64,000 nt of DNA from NCBI GenBank assembly GCA_963755025.1, contig CAVWIH010000013.1, forward strand, positions 1-64,000, written 5' to 3'. The DNA comes from an uncultured Actinomycetes bacterium. GTDB taxonomy: Bacteria > Actinomycetota > Thermoleophilia > UBA2241. The notes beneath the pieces are model-generated. The model was not told the DNA's origin. It saw only the letters and a program-made list of their open reading frames with translations, and did no database searches. A program made the position numbers and the translations under genes. Shown in pieces: positions 26,973 to 37,468 of this stretch. Numbering within the stretch: position 1 is the stretch's first letter; the number at the start of each line of letters is the position of its first letter.

Positions 26973-28636
26973 TGACCGAGCCTGCGCCCACGAGCCCGAG
27001 ATCAAAACGTCGCCGACCGCGACGCTCGCGCCGACGGCACCCCCGCCAAGGATGTCGCCGCCGCGACGCTCGCGCCGGCGCCCCCACCCGCGCCGCCCGC
27101 GTGCTCATGGTCGTGGGCACCGGTTCGCACGCGGGCAAGAGCGTGCTCGCCGCCGGGCTGTGTCGCATCTACGCCCGCCGCGGCTACCGTGTCGCGCCCT
27201 TCAAGGCGCAGAACATGGCGCTCAACTCCTTCGTCACCCCCGAGGGCGGCGAGCTCGGCCGCGCGCAGGCCTATCAGGCCCGCGCCGCCGGCGTCGAGCC
27301 GCACGTCGACATGAACCCTGTGCTGCTCAAGCCGAGCTCGCAGACCGGCAGCCAGGTGATCGTGCTGGGCCGGGCGGTGGCGCACATGTCGGTGCGCGAG
27401 TACCACGCCTACCAGGCCGAGGTCTGGCCCACCGTCACGGCCGCCTTTGCGCGCCTGCGCGCGGCCAACGACCTAATCGTCATCGAGGGCGCGGGCAGCC
27501 CGGCCGAGATCAACCTGCGCGACCACGACATCGTCAACATGAAGATGGCGCTCCACGCCGGCTGCCCGGTGCTGCTCGTGGGCGACATCGACCGCGGCGG
27601 CGTGTTCGCCTCGCTGGTCGGCCACATGGAGCTCTTCACGCCCGCCGAGCGCGCCCTCATCAAGGGCTTCATCATCAACAAGTTCCGCGGCGACGCCAGC
27701 CTGCTCGACTCCGGCCTCGAGTTCCTGCGCGAGCGCACCGGTGTGCCCACCCTGGGCGTGGTGCCCATGCTGGCCGACTGGCGCGGCGACGAAGAGGACT
27801 CGCTGGGCATCGACGACCGCGTGCGCCGGGCCAAGCCGCAGGCGCCGTTGCAGGTCGCCGTCGTGCGCCTGCCCTTCATCAGCAACTTCACCGATCTCGA
27901 CGCGCTGGCCGACGAGCCCGACGTCAACGTGCGTTACGCGACCAAACCCGACGAGCTGGCCGGCGCCGCGGCAGTCGTGCTGCCCGGCACAAAGAGCACG
28001 ATCGCCGACCTCGAGTGGCTGCGCGCTCGCGGTCTCGATGCGGCGATCGTCGCGGCGGCGCGCGCTGGCACGCCGGTGGTGGGCGTCTGCGGCGGCTACC
28101 AGATCCTGGGCCGCCGCATACTCGACCCCGGCCACGTGGAGTCGCGCCGGGAGGCCGTCGAAGGCCTGGGGCTGCTCGACGTGGTGACCACCTTCGCCGC
28201 CGCCAAGCGCACGGTGCGGGTAGAGGGCGAGCTGCTGGGCGGTGCGCTCGGTCCCGCGGGCACGCCGCTGCGCGGCTATGAGATCCACATGGGCGAGTCG
28301 GTCCCCGGGCCCGGGGCGGGCTCGTTGTTGCGACTGCGGAGCGCCGGCGGCGTGGCCCACGACGACGGCGTCGTGTCGGGCGACGGCGTCGTGTGCGGCA
28401 GCTACGTGCACGGCCTGTTCGACGACCCCGAGCTGCGCGGCGCGTTTCTGAACGGCCTGCGCAGCGCCCGGGGGCTGCCGGCGCGGCCGGCGAGCGCGCC
28501 GGAAGGCGACGACATCGACCGCCTCGCCGATCACCTCGAGGCGCACCTCGACGGCGCCCTGCTCGAGCGCATCGTCGGGCTGGAGCGCGGTGGTGCATGC
28601 GCGCCGTCGGGGCGCATGAGGCTGGAGCCGCGGTGA
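26972..28636 (+). CDS. cobQ: cobyric acid synthase
   Basis: PFKAQNMALNS, EGAGSPAEINL, GDIDRGG, SNFTD, CGGYQ, GYEIH. Confidence 0.96.
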   Translation: MTEPAPTSPRSKRRRPRRSRRRHPRQGCRRRDARAGAPTRAARVLMVVGTGSHAGKSVLAAGLCRIYARRGYRVAPFKAQNMALNSFVTPEGGELGRAQAYQARAAGVEPHVDMNPVLLKPSSQTGSQVIVLGRAVAHMSVREYHAYQAEVWPTVTAAFARLRAANDLIVIEGAGSPAEINLRDHDIVNMKMALHAGCPVLLVGDIDRGGVFASLVGHMELFTPAERALIKGFIINKFRGDASLLDSGLEFLRERTGVPTLGVVPMLADWRGDEEDSLGIDDRVRRAKPQAPLQVAVVRLPFISNFTDLDALADEPDVNVRYATKPDELAGAAAVVLPGTKSTIADLEWLRARGLDAAIVAAARAGTPVVGVCGGYQILGRRILDPGHVESRREAVEGLGLLDVVTTFAAAKRTVRVEGELLGGALGPAGTPLRGYEIHMGESVPGPGAGSLLRLRSAGGVAHDDGVVSGDGVVCGSYVHGLFDDPELRGAFLNGLRSARGLPARPASAPEGDDIDRLADHLEAHLDGALLERIVGLERGGACAPSGRMRLEPR

Positions 28637-28647
28637 GCGGGTGCGCG

Positions 28648-29295
28648 CTAGCGGGCGCTCGACAGCGCGTCGTCGAGCACGGCCTGCGCCTGGCGGCGGG
28701 CGCCCACTTCGTCGCCCGAGCGCAGCAGCTCGAGCAGCGGCAGGTCGAGCACGCGCTGCCAGGCCGCGCGCCGCGAGTCGGGGGCCACGCCGGCGGCGAT
28801 GGCCGCCGGCTCCCAGGCGCGGCGCAGCTCGCCGAGCAGCGCCACCAGGGATTCGTAGGCCGGTTCGAAGCGCTCCTCGAGCTCGGCCCGCAGGCGCGCG
28901 GCCAGCGCCGGGCTGGCGCCGCCCGTGGAGACGGCCACCTGCAGGGCGCCGCGGCGCAGCGTGGCCGGCACGGTGAAGTCGCCGGACGCGGGGTCGTCGA
29001 CCACGTTCACCCAGACGCCCCGGCGGCGAGCCTCGGCGGCCAGCGTGGCGTTCACCAGGCGGTCGCCGGTCGCGCACACCGCGAGCGCGGCGCCGTCGAG
29101 GTCGGTCGGCTGCACGGCGCGCCGCTCGACGGCGATGCCGGCCGGCAGGTCGCCGACCTGCGGCGCCACCACGAGGATTTCGGCGCCGGCCGCAAGCAGG
29201 CCCAGGGCCTTGCGCCGGGCGACGGCGCCGCCGCCGGCAACCAGGCAGCGGCGGCCTCGCAGGTCGAGCGCGGCTAGGTAGAAGGGCGCGCCCAC
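28648..29295 (-). CDS. precorrin-2 dehydrogenase (SirC / CysG N-terminal type)
   Basis: GGGAVARRK, NVVDDP, VSTGGASP. Confidence 0.9.
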   Translation of the reverse strand: MGAPFYLAALDLRGRRCLVAGGGAVARRKALGLLAAGAEILVVAPQVGDLPAGIAVERRAVQPTDLDGAALAVCATGDRLVNATLAAEARRRGVWVNVVDDPASGDFTVPATLRRGALQVAVSTGGASPALAARLRAELEERFEPAYESLVALLGELRRAWEPAAIAAGVAPDSRRAAWQRVLDLPLLELLRSGDEVGARRQAQAVLDDALSSAR

Positions 29296-29342
29296 GGGCG
29301 CTTTGTTGCTTCATCGGACATACGCGAGAAGGATAGACCGCC

Positions 29343-30894
29343 ATGGCACTCGACCACCACCTTGCAAGCGAGCGCGGCCGGCGACGGCACCGGCCGGGAC
29401 TCCCCGCTGAAGCCCGGCCCGGCATCGTCTACCTGGTCGGCGCCGGGCCCGGCGACCCCGGGCTGCTCACGCGCCGCGGCGCCGAGGCCCTGGCCGCGGC
29501 CGACGTGGTCGTCTACGACCGCCTGGCCGACAACAGCATGCTGGCGCTGGCGCCGCCCGACGCCGAGCTCGTCTATGTCGGCAAGCAGGCGGCGGTGCAC
29601 GCCGTACCGCAGCGCCGCATCAACGAGCTCCTCGCCGAGCACGCCCTGCGCGGGCGCTGCGTCGTGCGGCTCAAGGGCGGCGACCCGTTCGTCTTTGGCC
29701 GCGGCGGCGAAGAGGCCACGTACCTGCGCGAGCGCGGCGTGCCCTTCGTCGTGGTGCCGGGGGTGAGCTCGGCGGTGGCCGTGCCGGCCTACGCCGGCAT
29801 ACCGGTCACCGACCGCCGCTACGCCTCGTCGTTTGCCGTCATCACCGGCCACGAAGACCCCACCAAGAGTCAGTCGCGGCTCGACTGGCGCGGCATCGCG
29901 CACGGCGCCGACACGCTCGTCTTCGTGATGGGTTTGACGCACCTCACGCTCATCGCCGAGCGGCTGGTCGCTGAGGGCCGCGCGGCCGACACGCCGGCGG
30001 CGGTGGTGGAGCGCGGCACGACGGCCGGCCAGCGCGTGGTCACCGGCACGCTGCTCGACATCGCCTCCCTGGTGGCCGCGGCCGGGTTGCACCCGCCGGC
30101 CCTGGTGGTGGTCGGCGAGGTCGTGCGCCTGCGCGAGAAGCTGGCCTGGTTCGGCTCGCAGCCGCTGGCCGGCCGGCGCGTGCTGGTGCCGCGGGTGCGG
30201 CAGCGGCCCAGCGAGCTGGTGCGCCTACTCAAGGCCGCTGGCGCCGAGACCTGTGAGGTGCCGGTACTGCGCGCCGCGACCCTGCCAGCCGCGGCCGACC
30301 TGTTTGAGCGCCTGGCGGCGGCCGATTGGCTCGTGTTCACCTCGCCGGCCTGCCTTGAGGCGACTGCTCGAACAGCTCGCCGGCCTGGGCCGCGACGTGC
30401 GCGCCCTGGGCGCCGCGCGACTCGGCGCGCTTGGTCCGGCGACCGCCGCGCAGCTCGAACGTTACGGGCTGCGTGTCGAATACGTGTCCGCTGAGGCCGC
30501 CGGCTTTCCCGAGCCGCGCGGGCGCGGCGTGCTGCTGGTCGGCGAGGCCGGGGGCGAGGGCCACGCGGTCGACGGTCTGGTCGCGCGCGGCGCGACCGTA
30601 GCGCAGCTTGCGGTGATCGAGCTGGCGACCGACGAGCTCGCTCCGCTGCCGCCCCTCGACGACTTCGACGCGGTCGCCTTTGCGAGCTCGGCCACCGTGC
30701 GCCGCTTTCTCGAGGCCTACCCGGCCGGCCCGACAGCCGGCCAGCTCACGGCAAGCATCGGCCCGTCGACCACGGCGACGGCCCGCGGGCTGGGCATGCG
30801 CCTGGACTGCGAGGCCGCCGACCCCACCTCGGCGAGCCTCGCTCACCTGGTCGCCGCGCGCCTGGGCTCGACGGCCGTCACGAGCGATGGTTGA
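29343..30894 (+). CDS. cobA: uroporphyrinogen-III C-methyltransferase / synthase (CobA-HemD) fusion, frameshift near 30362
   Basis: VGAGPGDPGLLT, RLKGGDPFVFGRGGEE; HemD motifs FTSP, LGPATA, FASSATV, IGPST. Confidence 0.9.
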
Positions 30895-31369
30895 CAGGGG
30901 CACGGCATCTGAAAGACTTCTCGGCATGGAAGCATCGGCGCCCCGCCTACATCTCGATATCGAGGCAGTCTTCGCGGAGCGCGGCATACCGTACACGCGA
31001 CAGCGGCGGCTGATCTGGGAGTTCCTCTCGTCGTCGAATCGCGCCGCGAGCATCGCTGAGGCCGTCGCGGCGTTGCAGCCAGAGAGCATCGGCCAGTCAA
31101 CCGTCTATCGCACCATCGCCCTGATGATCGACCTCGGGTTGGTCAGCCGCGTGCAGCTGCGCAACGGCGAGACCTGTTACACGGCGACCCGGATCGGCCA
31201 CAGCCACCCGCTGATCTGCGGTGTCTGTCGCAAGGTCGTCGACTTCGACGGCGCCGGCGATCTCTCGTACCTCGAGCGCCAGCTCGAACGAACGACCGGC
31301 TTCAGCATCTACGGCCATCATCTCGAGGTCTACGGCGTGTGCTCGGACTGTCGCGCGCACGAAAGCTAA
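30887..31369 (+). CDS. Fur-family metalloregulator
   Basis: TRQR, STVYRT, HSHPLICGVC, GHHLEVYGVCSDC. Confidence 0.92.
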   Translation: MVDRGTASERLLGMEASAPRLHLDIEAVFAERGIPYTRQRRLIWEFLSSSNRAASIAEAVAALQPESIGQSTVYRTIALMIDLGLVSRVQLRNGETCYTATRIGHSHPLICGVCRKVVDFDGAGDLSYLERQLERTTGFSIYGHHLEVYGVCSDCRAHES

Positions 31370-31599
31370 GGTAAACGCCACGGCGTTTCCACCTAGTCTC
31401 ACCGGGCAGTCTACGGGCGGCCGCCTCCGCTGCGGTGGCGGCTCATCGTCGAGGCACCACGGTGGGTGGGGCGGATTCATCCGTGGAAGCGCCACCATCC
31501 GACCCTGCCCGCCCGGCGCCCGTGCGAAGTCCCGAAAATGGAGTTTCTGCAGCGTTACGACTGCAGATCAAGGCGTGACGTAATTCCTACACTTGGGGC

Positions 31600-31938
31600 A
31601 TGTCTATGAGATGCCCTGTCTGCAACGTTGAGGTGGGCCTGCGTTCCCGCGGCCGGCCTCGCCACTACTGCTCGCCGCGCTGCCGTCAGACGGCCTACCG
31701 TCAGCGCAGGGCGTCGTGGTCGCTCGACCCCCTACCAGCGGAGCCCGCCGTCTCAATCCCGCCTAGCAAGACCGCGGGCACTGCCGACCAGGTCGCGCAG
31801 GCGATCCTCGAGGCGCGCATGGTGACGGGTGGCCTGCTGCGCCTCGGCACGGTGGCTCGTCCGCAGTTCGCTTGGCGCTGCGCCAAGGCCGGCGCCGAGC
31901 TGCGCGAGGCGCTCGAGAAGTACTTCCCCTTCGGCTAG
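31600..31938 (+). CDS. hypothetical Zn-finger protein
   Basis: CPVC...RGRPRHYCSPRCRQ. Confidence 0.65.
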   Translation: MSMRCPVCNVEVGLRSRGRPRHYCSPRCRQTAYRQRRASWSLDPLPAEPAVSIPPSKTAGTADQVAQAILEARMVTGGLLRLGTVARPQFAWRCAKAGAELREALEKYFPFG

Positions 31939-32013
31939 GGACCTCGACGTCCGCTCACACGGTGTGCCGAAGCCAACGCCGAAAGTAGCGATGGCGGAGC
32001 ACTCGAGGCCATC

Positions 32014-32613
32014 ATGAGCGTTCAGAATCCGGCCGGCTCAAATGCGAGACTACGTGGTGAGACTACCGTGAGCCGACCCTGGACAAGCAAGGAGATCGCG
32101 CGCCTGAGGCGTGAAGCTGAGCTCGGCGCCGCCGAGCTTGCCCGCCTTCTCGGGCGCTCGGTCAGCTCCGTGAAGACTGCCGCCTACCGCCAGCGCATCA
32201 CGCTGCGCCGACCCGGTGAGCGCAGCGGTCACCTGCTAGGCCAGCCGCGCAAAGCCTCCCTGCCGGCCGAGGAGCGCGCGCGGGCCATCGCCGATCCCGC
32301 GTTCCTTCACCGGGCCGCCGCGGCTCGCGCTGGCACGCTGTGCCCCGAGTGCGGACACCGACCAGTCGAGGTCGCCACGACCGGGTTCTGCGGCACCTGC
32401 ACCACTCGCTTCATCGATCGCCTCGCCAGTGACCGCGGCTACGAGCTTGAGACCGCGCGCGCGGTCGTCGATCTGCTTGTCGACCTTCATGGCGCGACGC
32501 TGGTCGCGACGCACGTCGATCGCGCGTTGGTCGCGGCGCGCCAGCGTCGACACCGCCAGCGCAGTCGCGGCCAAGGCGATCTCCGCCGACGTGGAGGCGG
32601 TCGAGTACCATGA
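32014..32613 (+). CDS. hypothetical HTH plus Cys-motif protein (start uncertain)
   Basis: WTSKE..AAELARLLGRSVSSVK; CPEC..C..C. Confidence 0.6.
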   Translation: MSVQNPAGSNARLRGETTVSRPWTSKEIARLRREAELGAAELARLLGRSVSSVKTAAYRQRITLRRPGERSGHLLGQPRKASLPAEERARAIADPAFLHRAAAARAGTLCPECGHRPVEVATTGFCGTCTTRFIDRLASDRGYELETARAVVDLLVDLHGATLVATHVDRALVAARQRRHRQRSRGQGDLRRRGGGRVP

Positions 32614-32766
32614 CCTTGCTCCACGCCGTGGGCCTGCCCCGAACAATCGAGCGACGCACGCAAAGGCGCTACGGCTGTTCCTCGGGGCGACTGGTCGCGC
32701 TCTTCGGTGGGCATGGGAGCTGATGGCTGCTCCTTAGGGCAGCCCGACACGAGACGGGAGGTCGCC

Positions 32767-33117
32767 ATGATCGGCGCAGCTCACGTAATCCTTTTTGCAA
32801 CCGACGCCGAGGCGGCGCGCAGGTTCTTCTCAGAGACGCTCGCCTTAGACTCCGTTGATGCTGGCGACGGCTGGTTGATCTTCGCCCTGCCGCCGGCCGA
32901 GCTTGCCACCCATCCCACCGACGGCGAAGTCCGTCATGAGCTCTATCTGATGTGCGACGAGATCGAGGTCACGGTCGCCGAGCTACGGGCCAAGGGCGTC
33001 GAGTTCGCCGGCGAGATCAGCGAGCACAACTGGGGACGGCTGATCACCATGCGCGTGCCGGGTGCCGGCGAGCTCGGTCTCTATCAGCCAAGTCATCCCA
33101 GCCCGCTCGTCGGCTGA
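32767..33117 (+). CDS. VOC/glyoxalase family protein
   Basis: AARRFFSETL, ELRAKGVEF, NWGR, LYQP; ggagg RBS. Confidence 0.85.
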   Translation: MIGAAHVILFATDAEAARRFFSETLALDSVDAGDGWLIFALPPAELATHPTDGEVRHELYLMCDEIEVTVAELRAKGVEFAGEISEHNWGRLITMRVPGAGELGLYQPSHPSPLVG

Positions 33118-33283
33118 GTGCGGACATCGTCACTCAGTCGATGGCGTTGCAGCCTTCAGACCGCTCAGTCGGCGTGGCTGAACGGTGCGCCCAGGGGGCA
33201 GTGTCTCCGGCACCGGTGAGGACGGCGCACTCTGGCCCGTTCGTGGGCTGGAACGAAACCCAGCCCGAACGTAGCATGACCTC

Positions 33284-34216
33284 ATGCCCTGGCCGCCACC
33301 ACACTCATCGTCGCACGCGGAGGCGAGAGACGCGCGGCGGCGTCGCCTCCTGCCGCTCGTCCTCGCCACCGTCGCGCTGATCGCCGTAATCGGCGTGGTA
33401 GTGGCCGTCGAAGCTTCACACAAGCCTGCCCACCCAGATACGGCGGTCCTGCCCTCAGACACACCCTCGGCACATCCCGCTCACAGCCACTCCCGTCGCC
33501 ACCACGGCCGTCCTGTCGCCGTTCCCGTCCTCATGTTCCACCATGTCGCGCCACGTGCTGAGGGCTCACCGCTGCTCTGGGTCACGCCTCGCCAGCTGGC
33601 CGCCGAACTGGCCTGGCTTGGTCACCACGGCTACCACACCGTCACGCTGGCTCAGGTCTACGCCCGCTGGACGACGGGCAGCCCGCTACCCGTACATCCC
33701 GTGGTGCTCAGTTTCGACGACGGCTATCTCGATCAGTACCGCTACGCCGCGCCTGTGTTGCGCCACTACCGTGACGTCGCCGTGCTCAACCTGATTGTCG
33801 ACAACCTCGGCCGCGCCCTGACCGTCGCCGACGTCTCACGCATGGCCGCCTGGGGCTGGGAGATCGACTCCCACACGATCACCCACCGCGACCTGGCCCT
33901 GCTGCCCGCGCGCGTCGTGCGCTACGAGCTGCTCGGCTCGCGCAACCTACTGCGCCGCTACCTGCATCTGCCGATCGACTTCTTCTGCTATCCGGGTGGC
34001 GCCTACGATGCCGCCGTCGTCCGACAGGTGCGCGAGGCGGGATACCTCGCCGCGACCTCGGTCATCTACGGTCTGGCCCGACCGGCAGAGCTCTTCACCC
34101 TGCCCCGCATCGTCGTCTTCGGCGGCGAGCGACTCCAGCTGTTCGGCGAGAGCCTCGGGGGTTCGGAAGAGGCTGGCGATGCGATCGACCGGGCCGTGAA
34201 CGGCGCGGGGCTCTAA
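33284..34216 (+). CDS. membrane-anchored polysaccharide deacetylase
   Basis: PVLMFH, SFDDG, DSHTITH, FCYPGG. Confidence 0.92.
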   Translation: MPWPPPHSSSHAEARDARRRRLLPLVLATVALIAVIGVVVAVEASHKPAHPDTAVLPSDTPSAHPAHSHSRRHHGRPVAVPVLMFHHVAPRAEGSPLLWVTPRQLAAELAWLGHHGYHTVTLAQVYARWTTGSPLPVHPVVLSFDDGYLDQYRYAAPVLRHYRDVAVLNLIVDNLGRALTVADVSRMAAWGWEIDSHTITHRDLALLPARVVRYELLGSRNLLRRYLHLPIDFFCYPGGAYDAAVVRQVREAGYLAATSVIYGLARPAELFTLPRIVVFGGERLQLFGESLGGSEEAGDAIDRAVNGAGL

Positions 34217-34234
34217 GCGGCCAGTGCCGGCATC

Positions 34235-34441
34235 CTAGAGCAGCTCGATGCGCTCGAGGTCGACCCCGCTGACCTCGATGAAGTGCGGGGCGAGGGTGCC
34301 CTCGACGCGGATCGTGACAGAGCGGCCGCGCGCGGCGGCCATCGCGTCACGACCACTCAGTGTCGGCTCGTTGCGACCGACGACGACGCCCGTCTCGCCG
34401 TCGTAGCGCACGCGCTTGCCGAGCAGATCGAGCGTGTTCAT
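34235..34441 (-). CDS. small hypothetical protein
   Basis: 68-aa ORF with typical codon usage. Confidence 0.5.
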   Translation of the reverse strand: MNTLDLLGKRVRYDGETGVVVGRNEPTLSGRDAMAAARGRSVTIRVEGTLAPHFIEVSGVDLERIELL

Positions 34442-34565
34442 GCACGCACTGTACGACAGGCACCCCCGACGACCCTTTCGGAGAAGGTCGCGGCGTCTGC
34501 TTGCCCGCCAGGGTGGTCGGAGACGCCCGAGGGGCGTCTCGCTCGTGCTGCTGTATGGGCGGGCC

Positions 34566-34698
34566 AGCGGCGGGCACAGATCCGCGAGGTTTGCTCGGCG
34601 GTTCGCCCTGGCCCGCCATGCCGCTACATTCTGAGTGCGACCAGCGCAGGGAGCTGGCGTGACACACCCAGACACCAATGAGCGGCACCAGCAGCTGC
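34566..34698 (+). repeat. ~135-bp dispersed repeat, copy 1
   Basis: aligns with 37469-37609; first 25 bp identical. Confidence 0.9.
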
Positions 34699-34946
34699 TG
34701 TCCACGGACGGCGCGACGGTGCAGCGGGCCGACGCCGCCTGAGCGTCGCGGACTCTCTCGGCGGTCGGCGTCGAAGACTCGATCAGGCGCGCCCATGACT
34801 TCGCACCGGGTGCTCGCCGCAGCGCGAATGCGTGGGCCAATCACCGCTTACCAACCGAGGCGAGTCGGGTGGGTTGAGGGTCCGCAGTCGCAGGGTGCTC
34901 CCGCGACGCCGGCCGCGTCCGAAGCACCGTTGGGTCTGGTCCGAGG

Positions 34947-35855
34947 CTATCCGCCTCGCAAATCGGCCGCCAGGCCCGCCACGCCCTGGCCGCGCTCGAT
35001 CTCGAAGCGGTCAAGCTGGAAAGGATCACTCCTCGTGGCGTAACCTGCGTTCTCGGTCGTCGCGTTCGTGTAGCCGGCCGCGCTCACTGCCGCGATCACC
35101 GCAGCGTCGTACTTGCTCGACGGATAGCAGAAGCTGTTCACAGGGACGCCCAGTAGGCGCTGCAGGTAGCGGCGGCTTGCGACCACCTGGTAACGCAGCT
35201 GAGAGGGGCTCAGAGTGGTCAGGTCGGGGTGACTCACCGAGTGCGAGTCGACCTCCCAGCCGAGCGCGACGAGGCGGCGCAGCTGGGCCGGGTGGAGGTG
35301 ACCTGCGGTGATCTCGTTGAGCACCCCAGGCCAACCGTAATGACCCAGCACCTCAGGGGCGAAGGTCGCCTGCTCGGGGTAGCCGTTGTCGAAGGTGATG
35401 ACGATCGGCTTGGCGGGTAGCGTGCCTTCCGCAAACCAAGAGCGCATGACCTCGTCGAGGGTGACCGCCTGGTAGCCCTGGTCGGCAAGCCAGCGCATCT
35501 CAGCCAAGAATTCTGATTTCGCCACGTAGAGGCCGGGGTAGGGCTCGCTTGGCGGCGGCGTGCCCAAGGCGTGGTAGACGAGGATGGGGACAGGTCCCGT
35601 GTGGCGTCGCCAGTCGGGCTGCGGGCGGGCGTTGCGGACGAGGTGCGCGGTCGGTCGGCTTGCCGGCCGCGACGCCGCGACGTGCGTTGCGCTCGGCGAA
35701 GGTGAGGCCGCGGCGCTCGGCGTGGCTGACGGGTGGCTGTGAGCGCCGAGCGCGCCCGTCAGGGCGAGCGCGACGACGACCACCGCCGCCAGGAAGACGC
35801 CCAGGACGGCCAGGCGACGGGACAGGATGCGGCGGCGTTGTGCGCGACTAGGCAT
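34947..35855 (-). CDS. membrane-anchored polysaccharide deacetylase
   Basis: PILVYH, TFDNG, DSHSVSHP, FCYP. Confidence 0.9.
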   Translation of the reverse strand: MPSRAQRRRILSRRLAVLGVFLAAVVVVALALTGALGAHSHPSATPSAAASPSPSATHVAASRPASRPTAHLVRNARPQPDWRRHTGPVPILVYHALGTPPPSEPYPGLYVAKSEFLAEMRWLADQGYQAVTLDEVMRSWFAEGTLPAKPIVITFDNGYPEQATFAPEVLGHYGWPGVLNEITAGHLHPAQLRRLVALGWEVDSHSVSHPDLTTLSPSQLRYQVVASRRYLQRLLGVPVNSFCYPSSKYDAAVIAAVSAAGYTNATTENAGYATRSDPFQLDRFEIERGQGVAGLAADLRGG

Positions 35856-36090
35856 GGTGAACGAACTCCCGCCCGCTCCAGACCCTCTTGCCCGCCACGA
35901 CCACCGGCACGGGAAGAGCGTCTCGGGCCACCCGGATGGTGCGCCCCGACCTCGTGGCCGGGAGGCTGCCGCGCATGATCTGTTGGTAGATTGCCTGTGG
36001 GCTCACCCCGGGGTAGGCGGCCACGACCTTGACGCTGATCTGCTCGGGCAGATCGGCGTAGGCGGGGGTGGTGTCAAGACGGTAGGGCAT
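35848..36090 (-). CDS. excisionase-like HTH protein
   Basis: ISVKVVA..GVSPQAIY..GSLPATRSGRTIRV. Confidence 0.6.
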   Translation of the reverse strand: MPYRLDTTPAYADLPEQISVKVVAAYPGVSPQAIYQQIMRGSLPATRSGRTIRVARDALPVPVVVAGKRVWSGREFVHHA

Positions 36091-36302
36091 CACACCTCCA
36101 TTGGGGCCGCGTGCCGCTTGTGCCGCCGAGGCGACCTCGCAACCACCGACCATACCGGACCGACCGACAACTCGCACATTGTGAAGTCGCATTAGGGGCT
36201 CGACGACTGTACCTCGCATTCGGCTATGATCAGCGCCGCCGGCACGACGGATCCCTGGGCCGTCGCGATGCAAGCTCTCAAACAGGACGTCTGACAGCCG
36301 AC

Positions 36303-37358
36303 ATGCACCACCACGTCTACCACATGAGCTTTCTCCAGGCGATCGTGATCGGCATCGTCCAGGGCATCGGCGAGCTGTTTCCGGTGTCGAGCCTCGGGCA
36401 CACGGTGCTGATCCCGTCCTGGTTCGGTGGCAGCTGGGCGAAGCTCGTCTCCCAGGAGTCGATGCCCGAGAGCCCCTACCTCGCCTTCGTCGTCGGCCTG
36501 CACCTGGCGACCGCTCTCGTGCTGGTCGGCTTCTACATCCGCGAGTGGGCTCGCATGGCGGTCGGATTCGCGCGTAGCCTGGGCCGGCGCCGCATCGCGA
36601 CCGACGCCGAGCGACTGGCCTGGCTGATCGTGGTGGCGACGATCCCGGTCGGCATTCTCGGGTTCGCCTTCGAGCACGAGTTCCGGGTGCTCTTCGCCAA
36701 GCCGCTCGCCGCCGCGCTGTTCCTCATGGCAAACGGGGTCATCCTGCTCGCCGGCGAGACCTACCGGCGACGCAACGCGGCGGCCGCAACGGCGCGGCAG
36801 ACCGCAACATCGGCGCTCTACGTCGAAGAGCGTCCGGGCTTCACAGCCGGGTCGCGGCCGGCAGGGGCGACGGTCGGCGGTGCGTCAGCCGGGGCGTCGG
36901 CAACCGCGACCATCTCGGCAGCGCGCTTTCGCGACCAGGCCATCGTGCCTATGGACGCCGCAGCCGAGCATGACCTAGCCCGGATCGGCTGGGCGAGCTC
37001 CGGCATTATCGGCGCCGCCCAGGCGCTGGCGCTGCTCGCGGGCATCAGTCGCGAGGGCGTCGCCATGGTCGGCGGTCTCTTCCGCGGGCTCGACAACGAG
37101 AACGCCCTGCGCTTCTCGTTCTTGCTGTCCACGCCGGTGATCTTTGCGGCCGGCATTCTCAAGGTGCCCGACCTCACAGGGCCGCTCGGTGCCGGCATCC
37201 GTGGACCGGTGCTGGCCGGCACGGTCGCCGCGGCCGGCGCGTCGCTCTTTGCGGTCGTCTTCCTGTCGCGCTACTTCAAGACGCGCACGCTGTTGCCGTT
37301 CGCCGTGTACTGCCTGGCCTTCGGCTCCATATCGGCGCTGCGCTTCGGCATCTTCTAG
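36303..37358 (+). CDS. uppP: undecaprenyl-diphosphate phosphatase with Ala-rich insertion
   Basis: QGIGELFPVSSLGH, GISREG, FSFLLSTP. Confidence 0.92.
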   Translation: MHHHVYHMSFLQAIVIGIVQGIGELFPVSSLGHTVLIPSWFGGSWAKLVSQESMPESPYLAFVVGLHLATALVLVGFYIREWARMAVGFARSLGRRRIATDAERLAWLIVVATIPVGILGFAFEHEFRVLFAKPLAAALFLMANGVILLAGETYRRRNAAAATARQTATSALYVEERPGFTAGSRPAGATVGGASAGASATATISAARFRDQAIVPMDAAAEHDLARIGWASSGIIGAAQALALLAGISREGVAMVGGLFRGLDNENALRFSFLLSTPVIFAAGILKVPDLTGPLGAGIRGPVLAGTVAAAGASLFAVVFLSRYFKTRTLLPFAVYCLAFGSISALRFGIF

Positions 37359-37468
37359 GCGGAGTAAGCCGGAATCTACCGGGACACTGTGGCGGCTGGC
37401 CTGGGCGCCTCTTCGCGCGGCCCTACCGACCGCAGACCAACGGCAACGCGGAGGCCATCACAACAACG

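Noticed and set aside
27473-29425. long antisense and alternate-frame ORFs throughout the window
   Set aside because: Shadow ORFs expected at high GC; they overlap well-supported genes and lack motifs.
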